From NCBI GenBank assembly GCA_951406725.2, contig OX597838.1, positions 7,564,001-7,628,000 on the forward strand: a stretch of DNA of 64,000 nucleotides, written 5' to 3'. Position 1 is the stretch's first letter, and each line of letters starts with the position of its first letter. A model generated the notes under the pieces. That model was not told the origin of the DNA and ran no database searches. It worked only from the letters and a program-made list of their open reading frames with translations. Below, piece after piece: positions 11,637 through 24,594 of this stretch. The stretch comes from Octopus vulgaris (Eukaryota). Both the position numbers and the translations under genes were made by a program.

Positions 11637-12408
11637 CTTTCTCTCTCTCTCTCTCTCTAATATTTAGTTGACATGCCCTTTGCGTTTCTCAATGCAAGAA
11701 CCCTATTAGGCATGCTTACTGATCAGATGACGATTATCCTCTTAGGGAATTTCTTGCCAGGTTTCATACATTAATCTCAAAAGTTCTGGCTTTGAGGATG
11801 CTTTCATTTTTTTTTTTTTTACTAAGTGTCCAGTCCATTAGACCCCAGAGGTGTGTGTCCAATAGGGTTCATATCTGATATTGGCTTGGCCATGGAAGTT
11901 TTTTAAGGTCATGTATTTGCAACCAATCTTGTTTTTGTTTTAGCTGTGTGACAAGGAGCCTCATCTTCCATAAATAAAGTGTCTTCTTTAATCATTTCAC
12001 CATTGGAGAGATTTGGAAAGAGTCATTTCAGCAATATGGCCACATATTTCTCTCACACACCACCAGTTCTAATCAACCATTGTTCCAAATTGCTCTCGAG
12101 ACCATCACATAATAGCTGTATGGTTTTATTTTTGGCAACATTCTCTTCCTGTCGAATTATTGATCACAGAGTCTCCAGACCCACACTCGACCAGTCAGAA
12201 AATACATATTGCCTGAATTCATCAGACAATATGATACAGTCTAAAAATGCTAGCAGCCATTCCATCATCACACTGGCCCAATCTTTTGTCTACTTGATAT
12301 TGACTGGTTCAACTACTACGGCATATACCCGTGGGCATTTGGCGTTGTGGGCTACTAACACCAAGATACCGAATTCGGTTACCAAGCAGCGACCTGAACA
12401 ACAACAAC

Positions 12409-12458
<50 letters not shown>

Positions 12459-12468
12459 TAATAATAAC

Positions 12469-12506
<38 letters not shown>

Positions 12507-12511
12507 TGATG

Positions 12512-12607
<96 letters not shown>

Positions 12608-12722
12608 GTGATGCATGTGCCTGGTGTACCTTTATCAGACGGGTAGTCATGATGGGTATATTGGGCTTCGTATATTTTACCCCAGTGTCACTTTGATGGC
12701 ATGAACTGCTCTCTCACTCAAT
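12608..12722 (+). mobile_element. LINE 3' end (probably R4/Dong-like) inserted in (TAA)n
   Basis: ccccagtgtcactttgatggcatg...ctctctcactcaataataat. The same sequence occurs at 31938-32000 and 46935-46960, each next to (TAA)n. Confidence 0.6.
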
Positions 12723-12739
12723 AATAATAATAATAATAA

Positions 12740-12770
<31 letters not shown>

Positions 12771-12822
12771 AAGAAGAAGAAGAAGAATCCCATCCAAAAA
12801 TACCTTAGGAATGAGATCCCAG

Positions 12823-12866
12823 ACACCTGATGAAGGCTGGAGGGTACATCAGCCGAAACGTTGTGT
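12823..12866 (+). ncRNA. Minimal type I hammerhead ribozyme motif
   Basis: acac-CTGATGA-a-ggctg(gagggtacat)cagcc-GAAA-c-GTT-gtgt. Stem I acac/gtgt, stem II ggctg/cagcc, palindromic stem III ACGT. Confidence 0.65.
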
Positions 12867-12924
12867 TAACAACAAACAAGATGAGGGCAAATAACAGTCA
12901 AATGTAAATAATGTAAATAATTTG

Positions 12925-13300
12925 AATAAAGGCTTCCTTCTTGCAGCTCTGCCATAGTATCCAAGTTTGTGGAGATATCTGTCAGCTATTCTGGGATTGA
13001 TATCAATTTGTAGTAGTATGTCAGAGGCCTTGCAATAAGGATTATCCTCTGCACCCCACTTAACAAAAGAACGGGTCCTTTCAGAGGGTTCTGGTCGATC
13101 TGGCCAATTGGTTTGGCCTCCTTCCGCTCTCCGGCGAATTGTACAATCAGCCTATTAACTGTAGAAAGCGGCAATTTACGCTGACTAAACCTACATTCAG
13201 AATGACCCATAATATGGCCTTTTAATATGTCATGATTAAACAGTCACATAGAGAACCTGAAATATAAAAATGTCCATTAATATAACATATAAGCATTTTA
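12925..13300 (-). mobile_element. Tc1-like remnant (5' region)
   Basis: ggcttccttcttgcagctctgccatag resembles the Tc1 HTH region. Degenerate. Confidence 0.4.
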
Positions 13301-13334
13301 AAATTAAAATAAATATTAAACAATGTTTAAATGA

Positions 13335-13468
<134 letters not shown>

Positions 13469-13542
13469 TATTCACTTTGTTTATTTCCTCATTTTTATTT
13501 CTGTTGAAGAGCAAAGGTGCGAAACGTAAAATACTTTCTCAC

Positions 13543-13604
<62 letters not shown>

Positions 13605-13605
<1 letters not shown>

Positions 13606-13828
13606 TGAGTTGGTGCATAATTATTGCGCCTTTTTTTTCAACAAAATTTATTCAGAAAAAGCAATAACAAAACAAAAAATAACATCTTTAAATGATTATT
13701 CCGGAGCATATTCACCATCTACATTGCTTGGCAGACGGTCAGACCATAATTTAAAGATTTTCTTAAGTATAGTTATTGTTTGTGTCGGGGGGGGGGGGAA
13801 CCGGCGCAATAATTATGCACCAACCCAA
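13605..13828. mobile_element. mariner-derived MITE
   Basis: TIRs ttgagttggtgcataattattgcgcc / ggcgcaataattatgcaccaacccaa, flanked by TA. Confidence 0.9.
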
Positions 13829-14264
13829 TACATACATATACATATATATATATATATATATAATGAATACACATAATAAAATATTTAAATTTCATGCCTT
13901 CCACTGTCAGTTGTATAGCATGTTCGATTTGCATATGTCCAAGCCGAACTCCAGCGTGTATTTCTTTCCTAAGCAATTCCAGGTACTAATCCTTGGTAAG
14001 TTTTTTTTTTCTTTTTTTTTTCTAGTTTCAGCTCAGAGCTGCGGCCATGCTGATGCACCCATCAATGTTATTGAATTTCTTTGGTGATATTGTGAAGAAG
14101 ATACATCAGATGTTCATTCCTTAAGTGTGAACGAAAAAATTTCACATTCCTCACGATAGACCAGAGATCGTCTTCAAAATATTTCAATCTTGGAATAATA
14201 TCGATACATGACGGAAGTATAAAGATTTGAATAACACCTGCGTTTAACTCCATTTCTTAGGTTA

Positions 14265-14303
<39 letters not shown>

Positions 14304-14582
14304 TCATATTCATATTTATATATTTATATTTATATCCATATTTATATATATATATATGTGTGTTTGTGTATAATTCATAATTATGCAATAAGCAAAAAGC
14401 AAGTGACAGGGTGTAGTAATTTCCTCTTCAGGAAAAAAGGAAGAAGACTTTGATATTTCGAGGCCACGCTCTTCTTCAGATTTGAATGAGGAGAAAAACA
14501 AATGATTTATATATAACTGTCAATAAAAATCATGTATGAAAACTAAATTAGATATAATTTGAGTCAGTAGAAATATAATTAC

Positions 14583-14667
14583 ATGCAATAATTGTGAAGA
14601 ATGTTGGTGTAATGACCGTGGCACAGGCTACGTCCTATGCCTCGGCATTTCTTCGACACCATATAGA
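14583..14667 (-). CDS. Internal exon of gene B: xYMVSKKCRGIGRSLCHGHYTNILHNYCI
   Basis: Acceptor tttttttatatttgtAG, donor cat|GTaatt, 85 nt, phase 1->2. Paralogous in layout to exon 120-30. Confidence 0.8.
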
Positions 14668-14987
14668 CTACAAATATAAAAAAATAGGCTGAGTATTAAC
14701 ATTATTTACAGACAATCTTTCAAATGAAACCTTGATAGCATATGACTTATTAACTTAATGATAATTTTATGTCGAGATAAATATATAATGTGTTGAGGAT
14801 GCAATGAAAAATATATCATGTGATTTTGTAAATGTTTTGAGGCATATCTATGTGGTTCAGAATATTACTTGTCTTGCCTTCAAGTCGACTGCGTAGCATC
14901 TTGGGCAAGTGAGCGCCACACTGTAGACCCGGGACGACCATAATCTTATCAGCGCATGGAAGACGTAATTGAAATGTGTGAGCATGA

Positions 14988-15057
<70 letters not shown>

Positions 15058-15059
15058 AT

Positions 15060-15880
15060 ATACCGGATGCAATGGGTAAATTGTCGTCGTTTTATATTTT
15101 TAACTTTGCACATGCCAATTTTTTGTTTTTGAATTTTTCGACTTCACAGTATAGTAGGGTCTATTGGGCACCGAGTGTGAGAAAATCAGCACCATGACAC
15201 CGCAATTCACCTCTGCCAAAAATTTGGAAGTGACATATTGTACTGTGCCGGAAGCCCCAGTACGTGAATTTCCAAGTTTTTGGGTGTCAATTAGAAGACA
15301 GTGCAATCTGAGAACCCATACCGAGAGGAATAAAAATCAAGCATCCGATCTTGATGTTTGACGTTATCCTTAGTGATGGTGACGTTATGCCTCCATTTAT
15401 CTTCCTACATGGTCTCAGTGACAACACAGAGGTCTTCATAGAGTGCCTTGAGGAGGTAATACTGTCCTGAGTCAAAAGGGTGTATGCTGGAAAACAACAA
15501 GACTCTGTACCATGCCACACATTCAGGTGAACCCAGTCATAGGTGTCAGACAATTTCTGCGACCATATCACCCCCAACATCTGGCTACCAAACACCCCAC
15601 ACTGCAACCCCCTTCGTTATTATGTGTGGGGCACATCTGAGTGAAAAACTAACAAAACTCCTTGTAACACCAAAGATGAACTAAGGCAAGGATTACGGCA
15701 GCATTCACCAACATAAACAAGGAGGCCATCCAGATGACCTGCAGAAGATCCCGAAGTCATCTGGAGGGCGTGATTGAAGCCAAATGGCGATTTATTTGTG
15801 TAAATGTATTCTTTAGTACTTCAAGAGAATTTTATGTAATTTTGGTAAATATATTTATTAAAAGGTAATGTCACTGTCAT
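15060..15880 (+). mobile_element. Tc1/mariner-superfamily transposase remnant
   Basis: Degenerate WPPNSPDCNP.DYYVWG-like motif near 15580-15630; PPFIFLHGL upstream. Confidence 0.7.
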
Positions 15881-15930
15881 ATATATATATATATATATAT
15901 ATCTATATCTATATATATATATATATATAT

Positions 15931-15995
15931 AACTAGCAGTATCGCCCGGGGTTGCTTGGGTTTGTTTCGACCGTTTAGAATTGGAATTTTTGAAA
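15931..15995 (-). mobile_element. Helitron-like 3' terminus
   Basis: On the minus strand, an imperfect GC hairpin cccaagcaaccccggg precedes terminal CTAG followed by T. Confidence 0.55.
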
Positions 15996-16099
15996 GGTAA
16001 AACTTTTTGTATTATGAAGCTTGTTATTCTCAACCCTGTTCTTTATTAACCGTATTTAGCAACTTTTCTGTGCTGCTTTGTAAATACTCAACTAGAATG

Positions 16100-16319
16100 T
16101 TTACTCTTTTACTCTTTTACTTGTTTCAGTCATTTGACTGCGGCCATGCTGAAGCACCGCCTTTAGTCGAGCAACTCGACCCCGGGACTTATTCTTTTGT
16201 AAGCCCAGTACTTATTCTATCGGTCTCTTTTGCCGAACCGCTAAGTGACGGGGAAGTAAACACACCAGCATCGGTTGTCAAGCAATGCTAGGGGGACAAA
16301 CACAGACACACAAACACAT

Positions 16320-16352
<33 letters not shown>

Positions 16353-16523
16353 CATATATACGACAGGCTTCTTTCAGTTTCCGTCTACCAAATCCACTCA
16401 CAAGGCTTTGGTTGGCTCGAGGCTATAGTAGAAGACACTTGCCCAAGGTGCCACGCAGTGGGACTGAACCCGGAACCATGTGGTTGGTAAACAAGCTACT
16501 TACCACACAGCCACTCCTGCGCC
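16100..16523 (-). mobile_element. tRNA/CORE-like SINE with internal microsatellite and (TAAAAGAG)n tail
   Basis: Near-identical to 20137-20523 and 20833-21246. Confidence 0.9.
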
Positions 16524-16711
16524 AGTTTGTTTCCGTTTGTACATATTCTTCTACTGCTACTAAGCCTGCTCCACCCTGGCCTCTCCTCAAGTGCATCCAG
16601 TTGTTATCAGCTTTCGGATGGCGATCTCCATACATTGTCAACAGCTTTCTAGTGTTTCTGTGAAGTTTCTATGCTCCAGTCTATAATTCCAGTTCCATAT
16701 TAAGGGTACAG

Positions 16712-17103
16712 TGGAGGCGCAATGGCCCAGTGGTTAGGGCAGCGGACTCGCGGTCATAGGATCGCGGTTTCGATTCCCAGACCGGGCGTTGTGAGTGTTT
16801 ATTGAGCGAAAACACCTAAAAGCTCCACGACGCTCCGGCAGGGGATGGTGGTGATCCCTGCTGTACTCTTTCACCACAACTTTCTCTCACTCTTTCTTCC
16901 TGTTTCTGTTGTACCTGTATTTCAAAGGGCCGGCCTTGTCACTCTCTGTGTCACGCTGAATATCCCCGAGAACTTACGTTAAGGGTGCACGTGTCTGTGG
17001 AGTGCTCAGCCACTTACACGTTAATTTCACGAGCAGGCTGTTCCGTTGATTCGGATCAACCGGAACCCTCATCGTCGTAACCGACGGAGTGCTTATAAAA
17101 AAA
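16712..17103 (+). mobile_element. tRNA-Arg-like SINE, full length
   Basis: 13-bp TSD attaagggtacag at 16699-16711 and 17104-17116. Confidence 0.92.
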
Positions 17104-17487
17104 ATTAAGGGTACAGCTCTTGATTGAACTGCTTCAATAATATTTTGTGGATTCAGCTTTCACTGCAATAATTTTCTCACTCTCCTACTGTGTTCCCTAC
17201 TGGTAATTTGCTTCATGTCCTCATTTTTATCTCGTCTGCTTCCAGTATTCAGAAGTACTTATACCACTGTCCTTTCTCAACCGAGCTCATACTTTGTCAT
17301 TTGGCATTTCAATTCCTTCGAACCTTTCAAATCTTCCCCGTTTAATTTGCAGTGTAGTACACTTTTCTATAATAATTCAAAATTACACTGCCTAAGCATA
17401 TTAAACTGGCCAACTAGGATCTGCTTCATATTAATTTTAGGGGAGATAAATTATAAAGTGTAAACGTATATATATATATATATATAT

Positions 17488-17695
17488 AGTTAATCCAAAC
17501 AAGAAAACACACAAAAAAAACACAACAACGCGAGGACGTGGAACAAATAAAGTATTATTGGACGGTCAGGAAAGAAGGGAAGAAGGAGGATTTAACGTTT
17601 CGAGCGGAGCTCTTCGTCGGAAACATAGGAGAAGGAAAGATCCCGAGAAGGGAAGACAGAGGAAAAAAATCGCCAGCGGTACTCACGAGGTCACA
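17488..17695 (-). mobile_element. Penelope-like terminal-repeat remnant with a mutated hammerhead
   Basis: Minus strand ttt-CCGACGA-a-gagc(tcc)gctc-GAAA-cgtt-aaa, embedded in (TA)n. Confidence 0.55.
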
Positions 17696-17787
17696 TATAT
17701 ATATATAATATGAGGAAATATTATTCCAAACTTACAGGGAAAATTTCAATGTAGAAATATAAATCAAATTTCACAAAATATAACATA

Positions 17788-17854
<67 letters not shown>

Positions 17855-18124
17855 TTATAAAAAAATCATTTTATTAATTCAATAATGATAAAAATTAAAT
17901 GATGACATTTAGAAAAATTACATATTATAGAAAGATTAATTATACGATAAAACATATAACGATGATTAAGTAATGTGCAAAATAATAAATAAAACGTATA
18001 TATTTGGTATATATGAGTATGTATGTCCATGAGTATATGCGTACGTATCTGTACGTATGCGTATACGTGGGTGTATATGCCAGTGTTCGTAGATATTCAT
18101 GTATTCATGTATATATAAAGTATA

Positions 18125-18164
<40 letters not shown>

Positions 18165-18370
18165 CATATGTGTGTGCGTGTATGTATGTATGTACGGATT
18201 AATGTATGTATGCGTGTATATACGCGAGTGTGTCTTGTATATATGCACATTTTCTCTACGTTAATTACAACTTATAAATGTACTTTATATCCTTACCTTA
18301 TTTATAATGATATTCCCTCAACTATCTCTATTGAATTTATTGATCTATCACTATAATTATATTTGCTTAC

Positions 18371-18577
18371 TCTATCTCACCTGCAACCAACCAATAAACC
18401 CTCCGCCTGTACACATGAAAACACAAAACATAAATAGTACCAATTTAGCCTGCTATAAGGAATCCATAGACAAATATATAAACATCTATTGATATAATTT
18501 TTTGTTCCCTCTGAACACATTATGCTCAGAAATGTGAACTTAATATTTAATTAATTCACAGTGTATAACTGAAACAG
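18371..18577 (-). other. Candidate 5' exon region of gene B (phase unresolved)
   Basis: Acceptors ctttccttacAG (18579-18578) and tgtgtacAG (18398-18397), donor cag|GTGAGA. Signal-like readings RLNWYYLCFVFSCVQA or RRVYWLVA. Confidence 0.3.
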
Positions 18578-18651
18578 CTGTAAGGAAAGATGCTCGAATT
18601 GTTGTTGATGATAAACTCTTATAGACTTCACAATCTCCATTATCCTCTTCT

Positions 18652-18699
<48 letters not shown>

Positions 18700-18802
18700 C
18701 ATAGATATATAAACTTAAGCCAATACATAAAATTGATTGATTTATATTATTTTAAATATATATCAAAAGTATTAAAAGTTTAATAAAAGATAATGAGTAA
18801 AA

Positions 18803-18873
18803 CACTACGATCGTTTCATGGCTGTCCAATTCGTAATAATTCGAGTTATGGTTACAGTCAATCTTCAGGTAAT
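18803..18873 (-). ncRNA. Hammerhead ribozyme motif with intact core
   Basis: ttac-CTGAAGA-t-tgactgt...acagcca-t-GAAA-cgatc-GTA-gtg. Palindromic stem III acgatcgt. Confidence 0.55.
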
Positions 18874-19110
18874 TGAAATATTTATCTTAGCGAGGTTTAT
18901 ATATACATATATAAGTGTATTGAAGTGATTGAAGCGTGTTGGCATGGTACGTGTTGCGATTGTTTATAATATGCGAGGAGATTCCAGCATCTCCTTTCCA
19001 TTTTCCATCAACAAGCACACTCCATTTGCGGTAAAATCCCCACAGCTTCCGGCCTCGAATTGAGACCTCACACATACCCATTCACTCGAATCTTTTCGCT
19101 CAAAACTTAC

Positions 19111-19177
19111 AACCAGGGATTAGCTTCCACCGTGAGTTCAATGCTAGCGTGATTGTGGTCGGTTCCGCTATAAATAT
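19111..19177 (-). promoter_or_regulatory. Candidate TATA-like box and short non-coding first exon of gene B
   Basis: TATTTATA at 19176-19169 and donor gtt|GTAAGT at 19110. Confidence 0.3.
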
Positions 19178-19253
19178 GCCTTCTGTTAGCAGCAGTCCTG
19201 TTTAATTAAAGAAAAGGGAAATATGAATATGTCCATGTGAATACATACAATAA

Positions 19254-19847
19254 TTCTTTACTGCCCACAAGGGGCTAAGCATAGAAGGGACAAACAAGGA
19301 CAGACAAAAGGGATTAAGTCGATTTTATCGACCCCAGTGCGTAACTGGTACTTAATTTATCGACCCCGAAAGGATGAAAGGCAAAGTCGACCTCGGCGGA
19401 ATTTGAACTCAGAACGTAACGACAAACAAAATACCTATTACTTTATAACCCACAAGAGGCTAAACACAGAGGGGACAAACAAGGACAGACATAGGTATTA
19501 AGTCTATTACATCGACCCCAGTGCGTAACTGGTACTTAATTTATCGACCCCGAAAGATGAAAGGCAAAGTCGACATCGACAGAATTTGAACTTAGAACGT
19601 AACGACAGACAAAATACCTATTTTTTTACTACCCACAAGGGGCTAAACACAGAGGGTACAAACAAGGACAGACAAACGGATTAAGTCGATTACACTGACC
19701 CCAGTGCGTAACTGGTACTTAATTTATCGACCCTGAAAGGATGAAAGGCAAAGTCGACATCGACAGAATTCGAACTCAGAACGTCACGGCAGACGAAATA
19801 CCGCTAAGCATTTCGCCCGGCGCGCTAACGTTTCTCCCAGCTCGCCA
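19254..19847 (-). mobile_element. SINE with three tandem ~184-bp bodies
   Basis: cacaag(g/a)gg at 19266, 19451 and 19634. Single head at 19800-19847. Confidence 0.9.
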
Positions 19848-19866
19848 TACATACAAACATACATAT

Positions 19867-20797
19867 ACGTGATCTGATCAATATCCAGACTGTTACCATA
19901 GTAATGAAGCTAAACTACGCAGAGTAAAGCCGTTACATACGCACAATCAGAGGATGTGGAGATTAGTTACGGTTCAGTTCCGTCCATTATTACTGAAGAT
20001 TTGAGTCTGAGACGCATGTCTGCCAAGTTTGCGCTGTCTGAAAAGACACTTGGATTTCAGTTGCACACAGATCTCCTGGATTGTGACGAGAACGATGAAA
20101 AGTTTTTGAAAACTTTGTGTAAGCCTCTGAACTGGTATACTCTTTTACTCTTTTACTCTTTTACTTGTTTCAGTCATTTGACTGCGGCCATGCTGGAGCA
20201 ACGCCTTTAGTCGAGCAAATCGACCCCGGGACTTATTCCTTGTAAGCCTAGTACTTATTCTATCGGTCTCTTTTGCCGAACCGCTAAGTGACGTAAACAC
20301 ACCAGCATCGGTTGTCAAGCAATGCTAGGGGGACAAACACATACACAAACATATATGCGACAGGCTTCTTTCAGTTTCCGTCTACCAAATCCACTCACAA
20401 GGCATTGGTCGGCCCGGGGCTATAGCAGAAAACACTTGCCCAAGGTGCCACGCAGTTGGACTGAAACCGGAACCATGTGGTTGGTTAGCAAGCTACTTAC
20501 CACACAGCCACTCCTGCGCCTATTAATGGCAATCCTTAACACAATTATTTGGTATCGCCAAGCTTTTGCCAAAATTTGATGCAGATTTCCTGCTCATCTT
20601 ACACAGTCATGGTGATCACCTGCTTCACGCCTTCATTCCAAGCACTGCTGCAAACAGCGGAAATGAGCTGGAACGGTAAAACTTAGGGCACATGCGCAGC
20701 AGAGTTACAGGTCAATATGTGCCGAGCGGCTTCACACTGCATGATTCAGCGTCGTTACTATAGCAACAGTCCGGATGCTTGTTGATGAGACCACGTA
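19867..20797. mobile_element. mariner-derived element with inverted ends, interrupted by a SINE
   Basis: 19868-19935 is an inverted match to 20725-20797. EISYGSVPSIITEDLSLRRMSAKF is mariner HTH-like. Related copy at 24258-24480. Confidence 0.7.
20137..20523 (-). mobile_element. tRNA/CORE-like SINE
   Basis: Family match. Confidence 0.9.
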
Positions 20798-20832
20798 CAT
20801 AAACAAACGTGAACCTACATACATCCATATAT

Positions 20833-21246
20833 ACTCTTTTACTCTTTTACTTGTTTCAGTCATTTGACTGCGGCCATGCTGGAGCACCACCTTTAGTCGA
20901 GCAAATCGACCCCCGGGACTTATTCTTTGTAAGCCCAGTACTTATTCTATCGGTCTCTTTTGCCGAACCGCTAAGTGACGGGGACGCAAACACACCAGCA
21001 TCGGTTGTCAAGCGATGTTGGGGGGGGGACAAACACAGACACACATACATATATATATATACACATATATATACATATATACGACAGGCTTCTTTCAGTT
21101 TCCGTCTACCAAATCCATTCACAAGGCATTGGTCGGCCCGAGGCTATAGCAGAAGACACTTCCCCAAGATGCCACGCAGTGGGACTGAACACGGAACCAT
21201 GTAGTTGGTAAGCAAGCTACTTACCACACAGCCACTCCTGCGCCTA
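20833..21246 (-). mobile_element. tRNA/CORE-like SINE
   Basis: Family match. Older copies at 28069-28415, 43355-43790 and 49608-50030. Confidence 0.9.
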
Positions 21247-21604
21247 TGTATATATACATATGTAAAAATCGACGGTGCTTAACAAACACCATCGCAGAAA
21301 GAGCGCATGAACTTTTGTTTGAAACTCAACACTACGAAACTAATTATACCTTTAGAATCTGGCGGAAAGAATCATGGTTGTACTTTGGTGTAATTGGCTA
21401 GCACACTTCTCGCGAAAAAAAGAAATGTCTCTTCGAGTCCCACGCGTAAAGGGAAGCCTACTTTTGTCCGTCGAGAGATTATATACCCCATTATTAGACT
21501 ATTTTCTTTAGTCTTTCGCGTCGATCGCTTATAAGCTTTAAGCTTACAAAATATTGATATATATATATTTGTGTATATGTGTGTATGTTTATATACGCAT
21601 ATGT

Positions 21605-21673
<69 letters not shown>

Positions 21674-21782
21674 TGTATGTATATATATATACATACATAT
21701 ATGTACATATCTATATATACAGATATATATATATACACACATATATATAGAGAGAGATATATATGTATATATATATATATAC

Positions 21783-21813
<31 letters not shown>

Positions 21814-21936
21814 CATTTATATATATATATATACACATATATATATAGAGAGAGATATATGTATATATATATATATACATATATATACATACATATACAC
21901 ATACATACATACATACATACATACATACATACATAC

Positions 21937-21996
<60 letters not shown>

Positions 21997-22093
21997 TATT
22001 GGATAATTTGTTATATATATTGGATAAGTTGTTGTTTTGCTTTGTTTAGAAGTGAAAAAAGTGAAAAGAGAAGGAAGAGAGGAGAGCGAGAGA

Positions 22094-22140
<47 letters not shown>

Positions 22141-22752
22141 AGACAGAGAGACAGGAAATAGAAAAGACAGAAAAAGAAAACATGTTTCTTGGGATGGTTG
22201 ACGACGTGGTCTGTGCTAAATGACATTTCAAGACGTGAATTTTGCTTCTTAGAAAAAAGTGGTAATGAAGAAAAGACAGGAATTATATTGTATCGATGAG
22301 GTCAACGCGCTGAAATTAAATTACAATTCAAGACGTCTTTGTTCATTCCGTCATTGTTTTTGAAAGCATCTCTTTCTCTCTTTCTCTTCCTCCCTTTATC
22401 TTATTATTGACATGTTTGTAAATATACAGATCGCATTTTGACGATTGAAAACATGAAGCTTCGTATATTTATCTGAGGAAGATGGTTTTTGTTTTGTCGA
22501 ATGACATAATGACCCCAGTAATCAATACAAAATTCGTTGGAAACAGCTGTAGTGAATTGACACATTATCCAACTGTTGTTATTTAGTTATTTATTATTCA
22601 GTTCTCTCGGAACCTACTCCTTGCGTGATCCGAAGTATAATAGGGATCGTATACTTAATGTAACAATTTCATACAAAGACATATTACATATAAGGACCTT
22701 ATTTTCACAGAACTACAAAAAGTTGTACTGATAGAGAGGAAGACAGCAAAAC

Positions 22753-22787
<35 letters not shown>

Positions 22788-23014
22788 CATACATACATAC
22801 ATACATACATACATACATACATACATAAATACATCCATCCATCCATACATCCATACATACATACATATATACATACATAGACATAGAGAGAGAGAGAAGA
22901 GAATAAGGAGGGAGAGAGACAGATAGAGAAATGTATAGACGGAGTGAAATCGACAGATACTGATATAGAAAGTTTTGTTCATAATGATATATACATATAT
23001 ACACACATACATTC

Positions 23015-23087
<73 letters not shown>

Positions 23088-23169
23088 CGTATATATATAT
23101 ATGTATATATATATATGGGGGGTTGTGTGTGTGCATGTACATGTATATTACATATATATATGTTTGTTG

Positions 23170-23211
<42 letters not shown>

Positions 23212-24087
23212 ATAGAGTGAGACGGGAAGAGAGAGATGAGAGAAAGACAGATATTTATAGTTAGAGAGAGCATCTGTGTGAGACGGATAATTACAAACAA
23301 AATAAATAATGTAGAAAATATAGCGTATAATAACGTACCATTGATGAGAACGAGAAACAGTGCCAAAGTCGCCATCGTAGAATTTGCACTTGCTATCGCT
23401 GTTGGATATGATTATATATTACGCAACAGGTGTTTAATTTTTTAAGCAAAACAACGTCTGTTACTTCGCTAGCATAATATATAAATTTATATAAATATGA
23501 TAAACGTGAATTAATACGGGAGCAATATATTTTCGCGAGTTGAAACTCTTTATTTGACATTATGACATATTTTGGTTACATAGCCTTATGTAGCTGTGTA
23601 CATGGATGTGTGACAAATATTGGGTACACACACACTCACACATACACACACACACACACATTCACACGTCAGGTGTCAAAATGATCGCAGGGCATCGAGA
23701 GAAGAATTGTTTTACCCAAGATGTTTTTCTTAAAGTCACCCGGTCGGAAAGTACGTAATTCATACGTGCTTTAAACTTGTTACACAACATGTAGAGAAAC
23801 TACATCAGAAATGAACGGGCCCGTGCCCTACCAAGATGACGACCATCAAAATCAAGGGCCAGACTTTCTTCCTCGAGTCGCGCAAATAAAATCACAAAAG
23901 CGTAAATGGACACGTGAGAAATATACTTCAGTCCTACACGCTTATTTTACAGACGTGGTCTATCCAAAGGACGAAAACAGAACAACATATACTTATACAT
24001 ATACGAACGTATACCTACACATATATGCACTTATGCAATATGGCCAGTTCAAAATGCCCACCGTTTAATTCCATGTGAGATATGGTC

Positions 24088-24124
<37 letters not shown>

Positions 24125-24214
24125 TTAGAAATTTAAAAAGGAAAATACGCACACGTACATGGTTTTAATATAATTTTAAATAAATCGACCGGTTTCGCTA
24201 TCGCTATCGATACA

Positions 24215-24259
<45 letters not shown>

Positions 24260-24533
24260 AGGTCTGATCAATTAGTATACAAGCTGTTTCACTAGTAATG
24301 AAGCGAAGGCATGCAGAAGGGGTCCGCTTGGAAAAGATTGACCTTCAACTCTGCTGTCCATATGCACTATGACTTAAAGTTGTAGCCCACTCCAGCATTT
24401 TACAGCACTGCTTGAAAGGAAGGTGTGTAGTCTTTGATCATGGCTTGACCATAACGGAGACAGTTTTCATGGCGATGTGATTTATACATGTAGAAATATA
24501 TACATATATATTTATACATACATACAATCATGC

Positions 24534-24594
<61 letters not shown>

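Larger units (their letters stand above)
12330..12921 (+). mobile_element. tRNA-headed SINE with internal (AAT)n and a 3' hammerhead motif; hosts a LINE 3' fragment
   Basis: Homology blocks shared with 3650-3935. (AATGTAAAT)2 end. Confidence 0.7.
16020..17440 (-). mobile_element. R4/Dong-like LINE RT-thumb remnant split by two SINEs
   Basis: LTMYGDRHPKADNNWMHLRRGQGGAGL matches the HPKxDVDRLYxPRxxGGRGL motif. Reading continues on both sides of the insertions. Confidence 0.75.

Noticed and set aside
11830-12310. ORF 11979-12413 and surrounding coding-like sequence
   Set aside because: Looks like a decayed retroelement fragment with stops in the plausible frames; family not assignable.
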